DNA of 62,992 nt, counting the filler, from Chiloscyllium plagiosum (taxonomy: Eukaryota): the NCBI RefSeq assembly GCF_004010195.1. It is 3 parts of one record of this genome, joined end to end, with 100 filler letters (N's around TTAATTAATTAA, not from the genome) between each part and the next. Parts side by side here need not be neighbours in the genome. Positions count along the whole stretch, not along the records: positions 1 to 22,392 come from NC_057710.1; 2 more parts are not named here. The stretch is one strand, 5' to 3'. The translations under genes were made by a program, and so were the position numbers. The notes beneath the pieces were generated by a model. It did not search any database and was not told where the DNA came from. It saw only the letters and a program-made list of their open reading frames with translations. Below, piece after piece: positions 1-12,267 of this stretch (position 1 is its first letter; every line of letters starts with the position of its first letter).

Positions 1-478
1 CCTGTGGCACAGCATTTCATCTCCCCCTCCCACTCCACCGAGGATATGCAGGTCATTGGACTCATCCACTGCCAAACCACAAGAACGCGACGGTCGGAGG
101 GGGAGCGTCTTATCTTCCGACTGGGAGCCCTCCAACCGCAGGGGATGAACTTGGGCTTCACCAGTTTCTTCATCCCCCCTCCCCCCACCTTGTCTCAGCC
201 GGATCCCTCCCGCCCGGCACCGCCTTCCTGCCCTGCAGTCTTCTTCTTGCCCTCTCCGCCTCCACCCTACTCCGACCTATCACCTTCACCTTTACCTCTT
301 TCCACCTATCACATTTCCAACGCCCCTCCTCCATGTCCCTCCTCCCTACCTTTTATCTTCTCCTGCTGAACACTCTCTGCTCATTCCTGAAGAAGGGCCT
401 GTGCCCGAAACGTCGAATCTCCTGTTCCCTGGGTGCTGCCTGACCTGCTGTGCTGTTCCAGCAATAAAGTTTCAACTT
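1..478 (+). mobile_element. Penelope-like element 3' end (GIY-YIG C-terminus plus pseudo-LTR)
   Basis: ORF 4-369 reads (PV)AQHFISPSHSTEDMQVIGLIHCQ...RLIFRLGALQPQGMN, the typical C-terminus of vertebrate PLE GIY-YIG ORFs. It is followed by a pyrimidine-rich tract, a hammerhead core and gctgcctgacctgctgtgctgttccagcaataaa. Homologous to 29540-29990. Confidence 0.88.
383..418 (+). ncRNA. Minimal type I hammerhead ribozyme motif (PLE-associated)
   Basis: ATTC-CTGAAGA-A-GGGC-CTGT-GCCC-GAAAC-GTC-GAAT: helix I ATTC/GAAT, core CUGANGA, helix II GGGC/GCCC, GAAAC, GUC cleavage triplet (cut after 414). Confidence 0.8.
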
Positions 479-480
479 AA

Positions 481-2368
481 AAAGTGATGGGAAAGGATAG
501 AACAGATCTAAAAGTTGAAGCTCTAAATTGGAGGAAGGCCAATTTTGACGGTTTTAGGCAAGAACTTTCAATAGGCGGTTAGGGACAGATATTCGGACTA
601 AAGCGATGGCTGGCAAATAGAAAATCTTCAGAAATGAGATAACAAGAATCCAGAGACAGTATGTTCCTGTTAAATGAAGGGGAAGGCTGGTAGGTGTAGA
701 GAATGCTAGATGACTAGAGAAATTGAGGTTTTGGTCAAGAATAAGAAGGAAACATATTCAGATATAGACAGCTAGGAACGAGTGAATTCCTGGAAGAGTA
801 TAAAGGCAACAGAAGTATACGTCAGAGAGTAAATCGAGTGCAAAACTGGAGACATGAGATAGCTTTGACAAACAGGGTTAAGGAGAATCCAAAAGGATTT
901 ACAAATACATTAAGGTGAGAAGAGTAACTAAGGAGAGATTAGGGACCCTTAAATATCAGCAAGGCTGCCTATGTGTGGAACTGCAGGAGATAGGAGAGAT
1001 ACTAAATAAGTATTTTGCATCCATGTTTATAGTGGAGAAGGGTATGGAAACTAGAGAACTTGGGGAAATAAATAATGGCATCTTGAAAACTATCAATATT
1101 ACAGAGGAGTTGATACTAGATATCTTAAAATGCATAAAGGTGGATAAATGCCCAAGACCTGATCAAGTGTAATCTGGAGCTCTGTAGGAAGCTAGGGAAG
1201 TGATTGCTGGGCCCTTTACTGAGATATGTCTATCATTAATAGCCACAGGTGAGGTCCTGGAAAACTGAGTTTGGCTAACATGGTGCCATTATAGAAGAAA
1301 GGTGGTAAGGAAATGGCAGGAAACTATAGACTGGTGAGCCTGACATCAGTAGTTGGCATGTTGTTGGAGGGGATCCTGAGGGATAGGATTTATATGTATT
1401 TAGAAAGAAAATGACCAATTAAGGATAGTCAACATGACTTTGTGTGTGGGAAATCGTGTCTCACTAACTTAATTGAAATGTTTGAAGAAGTAATGAAGAG
1501 GATTGATGAAAGCAGAGTGGTGGATGTGATATATATGGACTTCAGTAAGGCATTAGACAAGGATGTTCATGGTAAACTGGTTATCAAGGTTAAATCAAAA
1601 GGAATACAGGGAGAATTATCAATTTGGATATCGAACTGATTTGAAGGTAAGAGGTAGAGGGTGGTGTAGAGGGTTGCTTTACTGACTGGAGGCCTGTGAC
1701 CAGTGGTGTGCACAAGGATTAATGCTGGGTCCACAGATTTTTGTCATTTATATAAATGTTTTGGATGTGAATATAGGAGGTATGGATAGTGAGCTTGCAG
1801 ATGACACCAAAATTGGAGGCGTAGTGGACAATGAAGAAGGTTACCTCAGAGTACAATGGGATCTTGATCAGATGGGTTAATGGGCTGAGGAATGCCCGAA
1901 GAGTTTAATTTAAATGAATGTGAGGTGCTGCATTTATGAAAGGCAAATCAGGTTAGGACTTCTACACCTAATGGTAAGGTCCTAGGGAGTGTTGCTGAAT
2001 AAAGAGACCTTGGAGTGGAGGGTCATAGTTCCTTGAAAGTGGATGCACAGTTAGATAGGATAGTGAAGAAGATATTTCTTATGCTTTCCTTTATTGGTCA
2101 GAACATTGAATATAGGAATTGGAGGTCATGTTGTGGCTGTACAGGACAATGGTCAGGCCACTTTGGAATAGTGCTTTCGATTCTGGCCTCCCTGCTATAG
2201 GAAGAATTTTGTGCAACTTGAAAGAATTCAGAAAGATTTATGAGGATGTTGCCAGGGCTGGAGAGTTTTAACTATACGGAGAGGCTGAATAGGCTGGGGC
2301 TGTTTTCCCTGGAGCATCTGAGGCTGAGGGGTGAACTCAAGAGGTTTATAAAATCACGAGGGCATGGC
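481..2368 (+). mobile_element. CR1-clade LINE ORF2 fragment (reverse transcriptase), decayed
   Basis: Broken frames give EILNKYFASMF, IKVDKCPRPD, GKSCLTNLIEMFEEV...VDVIYMDFSKALDKDVHGKL, (L)ADDTKIGGVVD and QNIEYRNW, with many stops and frameshifts. Confidence 0.92.
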
Positions 2369-2819
2369 TCCTGTCAGAAATACTGAGCTTTTTCTTAATG
2401 TTAAATAGAATGAGCTGAGTAGCAATTTGAGTATGACTGTTGCTTCTTGGAAAATATGGCTCAGTTCTCTTTTTACTTTGGTTTGCTCAGAGTCCACTTG
2501 CAAACCAATCGGAACTATTTTTTTCCAACAGTATAAATTGTTATTCCCTCTGAAGATTTAGTATTAATCACAATAAATGTCTACACGTTGTAAGAAAGTG
2601 TTTGCTTTCCATAATATTTCACATGCAGTTTGTCTCCTAGCTTGAGTGGTGTAGCTTTTTGTTTGCATTTGTTTTCGTTCAGTCCTTTAATTTTGAGGAC
2701 TATCAAATATGTGTTGCTCGTTGGCTCCAGACTGTATCTCAGGAAGATGTACACATTAGATGTGTGAAGGTACACATAGCTGGAGGCTTTCCGCTGGTTG
2801 AATGAAGAGTCACTCTGTA

Positions 2820-3700
2820 ATTTTGAAGAACTCCTTCTTCCATGACTTGCTATTGGTGGGATCCTGCGTGTGATTTTTCAGTGAGTAACATGCTGGCAGC
2901 TTGCAAATTTGCTTAAGTCATTGTTTAACTCATCGCTGAATGAAGGTCCACAACTGTTTTCTTGGAGCTGCAGCTGGCATTTGTACAATTTGTTAACAGC
3001 CATCATTTGATCAAGTTTGCAGCCTGTTTGTGTTATGTAGTCCAAATAGATTGTGTGCTGAGGCTGAGAATAAAATGACCACATTGCCTGATAAGCAGAA
3101 GCAGATAAGTCCAGACTTCCAAAGCATTTGTACAATCATGAGGTCTTGCAATGGTTTCAACTTTCAGTAGATCAGTTAATACTTCTTCATTGCTGAATAC
3201 ATAAACAAATAATTTAAATAATTTCATTGACAAATGATTGTCTTTGTGCAAGGTTAGATTGTATTCTTTAAAACATTGTTCAGGGATGATTTGAGTTTAC
3301 ATTTAGTGTGATCAGACATGAGAATGTCATGAAAGATATTCAACATACTTTCAAGGCCTTGCAGCACAGATTGAATCAAATACTGAAGTAGCTCCACAAA
3401 GTTCATTCTGTAGCCGAGCTTTTTATATCTACAAAGCTTGATACAAATAGGGATCAATGTAAGAGATCTTAATTCCTTCGCAAGCCTGATCAAGGAATCA
3501 GGATCAGATTTCTGTCAAAGAAAAGCTTCTCAGCAGTGATCCAAGAGGAATTTTGCCAATCCCCAATTTAAAATGGTGCTTCCAGAAACCTTCTTCTGAA
3601 AGACACTCACTCTGATGCTGCTACAACCTTCTTTATTAGCTTATTGTTCATTCATCCATTGCACATACTCCAACAGTGCACATCCTCCAAAGGCAGCCTT
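2820..3700 (-). mobile_element. Decayed Ty3/gypsy LTR-retrotransposon pol (RT) fragment
   Basis: Consecutive minus frames: LCRYKKLGY...ELLQYLIQSVLQGLESMLNIFHDIL (YRYKRLxFG...VLQGLEGVxNxxDDIL pattern), then LTLHKDN...FVYVFSNEEVLTDLLKVETI...NALEVWTYL...CGHFI (LTLNxxKC...GYVFS...DPxKVxAI...EVRSFLG...CxRFI pattern). Confidence 0.65.
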
Positions 3701-4189
3701 GAATGATCACTATACTACAATCGGGAAGGTGGCCCTCTGGAATAAGTTTCAATAGGAAGCTCACAGGATTTAGATTACTTCAAATTTGTTTCAGTTTACC
3801 TAATTAAAAGTTTCAAATTAATTGTTTCAAACTAGACTGTTTAAATATTCCAAGTTTTACAAATATACACCATAGGGCAGAGCATGGTCACTGAATTAAT
3901 GAATAATGTCTGTTTTCATTAAGTATTATCAACTACAACTCAAGATTTTACAACTGAAAGCTATTTAAGTAACAAATAAAAGACAGCAAAATTATAACTA
4001 TCAGAAATACCAGACAGACTTCAAACTGCATCCAAAGCCCAGCTCTGGAATTGTACACCCTCTTTGAGATCAAACATGTCAGACAGATGTCCCTGACTAA
4101 CTGGCCTGGTGTTTAGTTTGATCTAACCTCCAGCTGATGTTGGGCTAAGGCTTCACTACTGTCAGTTATCTAAGGGGAGAAGGTAGATT

Positions 4190-4278
4190 GCCACCACCTA
4201 TTCTGAAACAATTAGAGACTTGCAATAAACGCTGATCTAGACAGTGACACCCACATCCTATTAATGATTTTTTAAAAG
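4190..4278 (+). mobile_element. 3' tail fragment of the CR1/L2-group LINE family or its partner SINE
   Basis: caattagagacttgcaataaacgctgatctagacagtgacacccacatcc matches the tails at 9190-9250 and the reverse complement of 26782-26860. Confidence 0.55.
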
Positions 4279-7200
4279 CCCTCAGATTTCTCAAGAACCT
4301 CTACAGTGTACATCAATCACTGCATTTAAAACCCTTATTTATTCATCCCTTTTGGGATTAACCTCTCCTCTGCCCATTAAATTGTTGTCAAAAGTCAAAT
4401 TGCTAATCATATAGTAAACTTAATTTGATTAGTCTCTCACTCTAAGACATTATAGTGTCTCATAATGTTAATTTTAAATGAACAGTATCTTATTCAGGTG
4501 TGTGTTTTTTTGCAAGATCAGTTATGGTGATAGAAATTAGCTGAAGGCGTCTTATCTGTTTAATTCTTACATACTGTTTGTAAGCTGTTAATAAAAATAC
4601 AGTTTTAGATTATTAAGACTTATAAAAAATTAATAGTACAGAAAAAAAGTATTTATTCACTGTTGATCAATAATCATGTATTCTTCAATTAAAGATATAA
4701 TTGAAGTGTTCCTAACATCATTCCAAGCTGCTCCTCATAATTTGCATTGACAATATTCCAGAATTGTCAACTGTGACACAATAAAAGTGAAGCAGGTTAT
4801 TCACAAAATAGTGTTCTGGCTTTGTTAGATCAGTAAAGTACGCGTGTTTGTAAAACTTCTCTAAAAATCCTAGATCATCTAAATCTTCAATTAAAATGAT
4901 TACACTTACTGTTTCTGCCATTTGTATCATGACCCTGCTGCTGCCTGGAACTCCCTCCCACAGTACTGCTTCTCTTCCTTATAGGGACATGATGTTCGGA
5001 TGGATCAGTCCTATGCCAGATGGACTTTATCTCCTTTGCCTGCATTTTCCGAGCAGCTCATTTCCTCAAAACAGTGCTCTTTCTATTCCTTCAGCAGCAA
5101 GTCCAGTTGCTCCTCTGTTTCTCTTGAAGGATGGCCTCTCCCACCGCTCCCCCAGTGGTGCTACATTCACTGCCCCCCCACCCCCCTCCCCCACCCCCTG
5201 CATCTCCTTTGCCACAATGGTCTCCATTCACATCTTTCTTTCCACCACACATTTCATGTGGTTGTATGTCTGCCTTGCAGAGTTAGCACTGATTGCTCTA
5301 CTCCCTGCCACTTCCTTTAACCAGGTGGAGTTTTGAATCCTCAGGATCTAACATGCCAGTAATAAAATCCTGAAAGAATCGCAGATTTTTAAGTTGGAGT
5401 CTAAGCTACCTTAATTCACACCGGGTTCCATATTTGTGTGAATTCTGCCATCCAATGGCTCCCACCACACCTAAAATTCAGAAACATCTTAACATCAAAC
5501 TTCCTTTTGAACACATCCTCAACTTGCTGAAAGTTTCTTGTACTTTCTGTTTCTACTTTGTATTTAAATAATATCATCATGATCTTAACCACATCCTTCA
5601 CAAGGCACTCTTTTGGCATTTCTCTTTAGAATGGCAGCCAAATGAAGGTATTACAATTTCCCTTTAGCTCTCAATGTTTATTGCCTTTCAACACAGCAAC
5701 AAAGTCTCGTGGAAGAACTTCTCATCTTTGGACTGCAGCCAGTGTGTCATCATATCAGGCTGTGATTCTGCAACCAAGGTCACTAAAGGACAACTGAATG
5801 AGTGGTAGTTGTTCTTGTTTCATAACTATAAAATTACAGTGGAAGTTGACCTGTTGCCTCTATGACACAACCATGTCACTTTTTAACTTCCCTGTGTGTT
5901 GACAAGTAGTAAAATTGGCCTTTGCAGCTTACTTAAAAGTCAGTCAGATACCAATATTTTGTACGTGGGTCCTATCTTCCAAACTAAGAAATGCTGGGAC
6001 AAAAGCGCAGCTGGAAAACATGTGTAAAGTCAATTTCAAAATACAGGAAATGGTAACAAAAAATTTAGAGGATATTTTATGCTGAAATAATAAAATTAGA
6101 AGAGGTAGAAGACAAATTGAGAATATAACATAAGGACAGGATATGTAGAAGGGAATATTTAGAATCACTTCCAAATAGTTTCCATTATAGCAGCTGATTT
6201 CCTGTGGCATTTGAATACAGGTGTAATAGAGACTCAGTAAACCTTGTTAGCTGTCTCTTTAGCAACATAGCTTAGATGCTTCCTGGGAGCCTGTGGTAAA
6301 CAGATTTTGCTGACGGTTAAAGGTTAATTGGTATAAATATTCAAAATTCCTCCAGGTTGACCAATGTTTAGTTCCTCTCCTTATTATTTTAACAATCCCT
6401 TAAGGTTATTTAAAGGACAGTTAAACCTGCCAGTGGTAACCGAGTTACTTTTTTTTTGTGAATATGTATGGCATTGACCACAGGGTTTTTGGGGGCATTT
6501 TGTATGATGGACAGTCATCAAACTTTTATGACAACTTTCACACATATGCCTTTGTGTGGATCTATGAATCAAACATGTTGTCTGAGTGATGGTAAAAATG
6601 CTGACTTAAAAGGTTGAGGCCGTAGAATTCTAACAAAGATAACCTACAAGTAAAAAAGTAATTTTGGAAAGGTAGGATTGAAATATCCAAGTTTTTTGAT
6701 TTGGACTGGGTGGCTCATACTATAAATAGCAACATTTCATAAAACTATTACTAATACTTGAGAGAATTTAACAAAATGATAATAGGTTAGTTTGAATATT
6801 AATATGTGGGAGATGAAAACTCAGCATACAAATCATGGAATTCAATGAATTACATTGGAATTTAATATTTGTTTGGTTGTATTGTGCAGCTGCTTAAAAT
6901 ATATTCAAAGCGTTAGTGTTAAAATGTTGCACAGCATTAGTACCAATGTCAAAGATATTATGAAAGCCTTCTCCTTTGCATGTTAATTACCATATATACA
7001 TATCATTACCTTAATTTATGAAGTGATAGCATTTCACATAAGGTGTAAAGGTGATATGAACAGAATACATGTTTAAGCTCATTATAGCAAGTAAAATTTT
7101 GACACAGAATATGTCCCCAATTTTGTTTTCTTGTTGGCTGCTATGAATTCCATTCTTTTTGTTATTGCGATATAATTAGATGAGTGCTATTTTGAGTGTA

Positions 7201-7664
7201 ATGTGGTGTGAGTTTGCACTGTATTTCTCCAGCAAGTGTTTTTTGCAAGTGACAATGACTCGCCACAACAACTAATATTTTTATATTTTCTGCCACCACT
7301 TTGTTCACAGAGTGGTAAACTCAGGGTAGCTTATTTTATATTTATTTAAAGTGAAATGTGATGTCTATCAATGCGTAATTAGGAGAAAGAGTTGCCATTG
7401 CAAACGCAGCAGAGGTGCACTAGCAAACATAGGAGACATAGAAGGTAGGAGTAGGAGAAATATAAACACAAGACTGTCATTCAGATGAAACAAAAAAACA
7501 GCCAAGTGGTAATTCATGCAATAACTATACTTGAACTTGGAATAGCTCTACAATTTGGAACAATATATTTCAATAAGAGAATATGCTTTCAAATATAGTC
7601 TATCACAAATTAAAATGAACTAAATTTATATTAATGTGATTTAAAAAGCACATAGATATACCAA

Positions 7665-7785
7665 CACAAGATGAAGTGCTGTGGTCTGAAATTAAAACAG
7701 GAATTACTGGGGAAACTCAGCAGGTCTGGTAGCATCTGTGGGAAGAAAGCAGAGTTAACATTTCGATTTCGGGGACTCAGAACTA
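7665..7785 (-). mobile_element. PLE pseudo-LTR fragment
   Basis: ctggggaaactcagcaggtctggtagcatctgtgggaagaaagcagagttaacatttcg matches the arms of the 30658-30860 palindrome. Confidence 0.7.
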
Positions 7786-8397
7786 AAATATAGCAGTTGC
7801 TGCAGTCAAATACAAATCCTAAAATCTGGGTTTTTGTAGTGTTTTTATTAAAGTCCTCCATTTATAGATCTCTAAATAACAGACAGTCTTTGTTCAATTA
7901 CCAAAAATTTGTTTTGGTCAGTACTTTTAACTTCTGTAGTGTTAAAATAACAGCACATCATATAACACAAAAGTTTAAAAATTTGCCAATTTATTTGAAA
8001 ATTTTGGTGACTTACCTATATTGGCGAGAATTTAAGGATTTGTTTTTTTTTCATCCTAGTGTCATATTGAAGTGAATGAAGTGTCATGTAATACACATGT
8101 GAGTATTGAACATTGCAAACCTTTGTAAGATTGTGAATTTCAGATAATGAACAGAATTTTCAGTATTTTGCGTTGTCATAAATCAGGTAATCACAGACTG
8201 AACTCCCATTAACCTCTTCACTGCCTTTTCTTTCCATTGACTTCAATTTAATGAAAAATTGGTCAAGGTGCAGAGTAGACATCAATATATGAATTTGTCA
8301 TTAAATTCAGCTCAACTCCAAATAGTCATAGATCTTGTGCACAAAAAGCAGAAAGCTGGCACATGTGTACAACATGTAATCAGAAATACTAGTGGAA

Positions 8398-8495
8398 TAA
8401 AAACAGAAATTGCTTGAGAAACTCAGCAGATCTGGTAACATCAGTGGAAAAAAAACAGAGTTAACATTTCAGGTCCAGTGACTCTGCTTCCCTCT
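8398..8495 (-). mobile_element. PLE pseudo-LTR fragment
   Basis: aaaacagaaattgcttgagaaactcagcagatctgg...cagagttaacatttcaggtccagtgac, same family as 30658-30755. Confidence 0.7.
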
Positions 8496-8514
8496 CTTTC
8501 ATAGAATATGAATT

Positions 8515-10146
8515 GAACATGCAGGGAGCCAGAAGATGCACTTATGGATGGATTTGGTGCTGTTTAAAATTTTTGAAGAAAATAAATGATCATGGGATAG
8601 TGGACAGCCTGGATAGAAGATTGGCTAATTGTTAGAAAACAGAGGGAATGCATGAATGGCTCTTTCGTTGGCTGCATATGATGAGTGGAGTCCTGTAGGG
8701 GTCTGAGCTCAAGCCTGAATGATGTATAATTGACAACAGTGACTTAAATGATGGGAGAAATGACTTGGTAGCTAAATTTGGAGACAACTATAAAATTGGT
8801 AGGGAACGTATATTGTGAAGAAGACATAAGGAAATTGCAGACAGGCAAGGAGGCAATGGCCTAGTGACATTACTGCTAGACTGTTAATCTAAAAATCAAC
8901 TAATGTTCTGAGGACCTGGGTTTAAATCCTATCACACCAGATAGTAGAATTTGAATTCATTGAAAAATATTTCAAATTAAAAATATATTCGTGACAACAA
9001 AACCATTGTTGATTGTTGGAAAAACCCATTTGGTTCACTAATTTCCTTCAAGGAAGTAAATCTACAATCCTCACCTGGTCTGGGACCTACATGTGACTTC
9101 TAACCTACATAATGTGGTTGACTCTCAATTATCCTCTGAAATGGAATAGCAAACTATTCAGTTGTACCAATCACTACAAATCTCTTCAAGGGCAACTAGG
9201 GATAGGCAATAGTGATGCCCACATCCCACAACTGAATAATAAAAAAAACTGATAGTTTGACTGAATGGACAAAACTCTTGCAGAAGGAGTATAACATGGG
9301 AAAATGTGAAACTGGTCATTTGGTTAAGAAGAATTTAAAAAGTGGAATATTATTTAAATGAAAAATAACTGCAGAATGCTGAGGTGCAGAGAAATGTATT
9401 ACATGTTCTAGTGCATGAGTGAGAAAAAATTAATATGTAGATACTCACAAAGGCTAATGAAATGCTATCTTTCTTTACAAGAGGAATTAATCAGAACAGC
9501 TGACCATAGGAACAGGCCCAGTCAGTGATACTTACATCCTATGAACGAACAAAAATGTAAATGTAAGCAGCTAATGTCAGTTACACATGACATTAGTGAA
9601 ACCACTTCTTAAATACTTTGTGCATCTTTAAAGGTCGTCTTGTTTAAGGAAGAATGTAAATACACTGGAGACAATTCAAAGCAGGTGAACTGGAATGAAA
9701 CCTGAAATCTCTGTGTTGTTTGGGGAAACATTGAAAAACTGGGCTTGTTCCCATTGGAATTTAGAGGAGTGAGAGGTGATTTAAATGAAGTGTTCAAGAT
9801 CCTGAATGGCCTTGATAAAGTAGAAATGAAAATGATGCTTTTTTCTTGCGTGTTAGTCCAGAACTATGGGCCCTGTTTTAAAATTCAGGACAGAGATGAG
9901 GAGGAATGTTTGCTGTCAGAGCATTGTGCAACATGGGAACTCCTTGCTTCAAAAGGAACTGGAGCCAGAGTAATTGATTATTTTTAAGACAGAGGTAGAT
10001 AGATTTTTGTTAGGCAAAAGAATCAAATGTTATAGGGGTAGGTGGGAATGTGGAACTTGAAACAGAAGCAGATCAACTACAATCTATTGATTGGCAAAGC
10101 AGTCTTCAGGGATCCAAATGGTTTACTTATGTTCAAATTGCTTATG
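8515..10146 (+). mobile_element. Old CR1 LINE 3' region, interrupted by a SINE
   Basis: Decayed RT C-terminal motifs (VAKFGDN..KIG; LFPLEFRGVRGDLNEVFKILNGLDKV) and a CR1-type 3' UTR. Confidence 0.75.
8848..9250 (+). mobile_element. tRNA-derived SINE with LINE-derived tail (MER131-like shark SINE; family name tentative)
   Basis: A-box-like tggcctagtg and B-box-like gggtttaaatcc, body aaaaacccatttggttcactaat...aatgtggttgactctcaa, and tail gggcaactagggataggcaat...gcccacatccca...aaaaaaa shared with the LINE at 26782. Confidence 0.75.
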
Positions 10147-10149
10147 GCT

Positions 10150-10265
10150 GTAGATTGGACTCAAATATTAACTCTTTCTCTCTCCACAGATCCTGCCAGA
10201 CATGTTAAATTTTTCCAGCACTCTCTGTTTTCATTCAGATATCCAGCGTCTACAATGATTTATTT
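10150..10265 (+). mobile_element. PLE pseudo-LTR fragment
   Basis: attaactctttctctctccacagatcctgccagacatgttaaatttttccagcac matches the right arm at 30790-30860. Confidence 0.65.
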
Positions 10266-10760
10266 CAGTTTATATCTTTTTGTCTGATCTAGGTCAGAAA
10301 TAGTGATTCCAATCCAGGTTACAAGATTCAAGCGAATGTGACTGGAGATATTCTGTCGAGAGTTGAAATAAAAAGGGATGGTAATGTCTTTCGAGAGATC
10401 ATTGTTGCTAAAGAGTCAACTGGAGTTGCACATTCGAACCATGTGGATGTCCTGAGACAGCACATTGAGACCATAAGACTACAAGAGCAGCTACTGTGCA
10501 GGAATTTGAAACTCTCAATGTTCAGTTACATGGCATCTCAAACCGTCAAAAAAGTCCCCAATCCTGAGATAGGGTCAAAAACTTTGGTAGATTCTGACTT
10601 ACTTACCTGAATAACTAGTCAGGAAAAGTTATAAAAATTAAATGTGCTATAACTCCTGGCTAACTATTGAACTGATCCACTGACAACCAGTGATATTCCC
10701 TCTGAGTAGTCCCCAAATCCACATAGACATCACTTCTCTCCCCTTATCTGATTCCCCAAA

Positions 10761-11395
10761 ACAACATCCTAGGAGTGGCGATCACCAACAAACTGTCCTT
10801 GATGTGATGGTCAAGATGGCACAATAATGCCTCTTCTTCCACAGGAGGCTAAGGAAATTTGCCATCTCCATAAGGACCCTCACCAACGTTTACAGAGGCA
10901 CCATAGAAAGTATTCTATCTGGATGCATTACAGGTTGGTACATCAACTGCTCTACCCAGGACCATAAGAAACTGCAGAGAGTTGTGAATACAGTCCAGAC
11001 CATCATCCAAGCCAACCTTCTATCCATGGACTCCGTCTACACTTCTCGCTGCCTCAGAAAAGCAGCCATTATCATCAAAAAACCCTCTACCCCGGTTAAA
11101 ATCTCTTCCAATCTCTTCTATCAGGCAGCAGGTACAAATGCTTAAACACATATACCAACAGATTCAAGAACAGCTTCTTCCCCACTGTTTTGAGATTTCT
11201 GAATGGACCTCTCAAATTTCAAATCTAATGTTCATCTTGTTTCTTGTGCACCGTCATGCAGCCATAATTTTGTGTTCCTCCCTCTGTTCAATCATCCTGT
11301 GATCTTTGTATGTTATGATCAGCCTGTACTGCACACAAAACAAAACTTTTCACTGTACCTGGGTACATATGACAATAATAAATCAAATTCAATAA
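10761..11395 (+). mobile_element. Rex1/Babar-clade LINE 3' end
   Basis: Translates as ILGVAITNKLS...RRLRKFAISIRTLTNVYRGTIESILSGCITGWYINCSTQDHKKLQRVVNT...LLSGSRYKCL...RFKNSFFP. The tail has stem-loop tgtacc-tg-ggtaca, then gacaataataaatcaaattcaa. Confidence 0.85.
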
Positions 11396-12032
11396 TACGT
11401 TGACCTCCTACAGACACCCAACCTCCCCTTCCCACTATGGCAATACCCCCAAGAATATACTTGACCCTCTCCTGACTCTCCCCAATAGGCAGACAATCAC
11501 CTTCCCTGCACCTTGACATACTCATCCTTCCATCCAGCCAAGCTGGGCTTCCCATGGGTATACAACACACCTGACCCCACCCCATTCAACATTCCCTGAT
11601 GTACTCTTTATCACCAACCCAATCACTCTCCAAACTCCCTAAAACTCCTCAATTCTCCAGAATGGACTCATCACAACAGCTCCTGATTCCCCCCTCCCCC
11701 ATTGACCTGACCCGCTTGACCTAAAGTAGGTCCTCACCCACTTTCCTCCCAACTTTCCAATCTAACACCTCACCACACCTCATCCTGGTATAGCGTCCAT
11801 AAGACAGATGTTTTGCCACCAATAAGACTGAGGAAGAGAGAGAGGTATACAGTTCTCAAGGGAAACAATGTATAATTCGACTAGTCAACACAAAATTAAT
11901 GGGACAATCAGACTTTGATTCTCATATTTAGAAGACGAACAGCAGGAGGATTTTGTAAGATTAGTTTAAAAAGTATAATCTGTAGAGATACACATGAACA
12001 TAGTACATTAGCTAATATGAACATAGGAGAGT

Positions 12033-12258
12033 TATAGAATAGAATCCCTACAGTGCAGAAAGACGCCCATCAGGCCTACACACTGACCTTTCAAAGAGCA
12101 TCCCACCCTCGAAAAGGGTGTTTGCCATGTATCACTCACGTTACCTACACATCTCGTTTCTATTTAGCATGGGCAATCCACCTAACCTACACATCTCTAG
12201 ACTGGGAGAAAACTAGAGCACCTGGCGGAAACCCACACAGAGAATATGGAAACAGAGC
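12033..12258 (-). mobile_element. HE1-type V-SINE, partial
   Basis: Reverse complement of the HE1 body and tail: tttagcatgggcaatccacctaacctacacatc...gagcacctggcggaaacccacacag. Confidence 0.75.
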
Positions 12259-12267
12259 TAACCAGAT

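Noticed and set aside
4896..5336. 146-aa hydrophobic/proline-rich ORF; faint Myb-like words on the opposite strand
   Set aside because: Low-complexity C-rich sequence explains the open frame; the antisense Myb resemblance is too weak to call.
10338..10610. 90-aa ORF with protein-like composition
   Set aside because: Non-ATG start, no recognisable domain, and it lies between repeats; length is compatible with chance.
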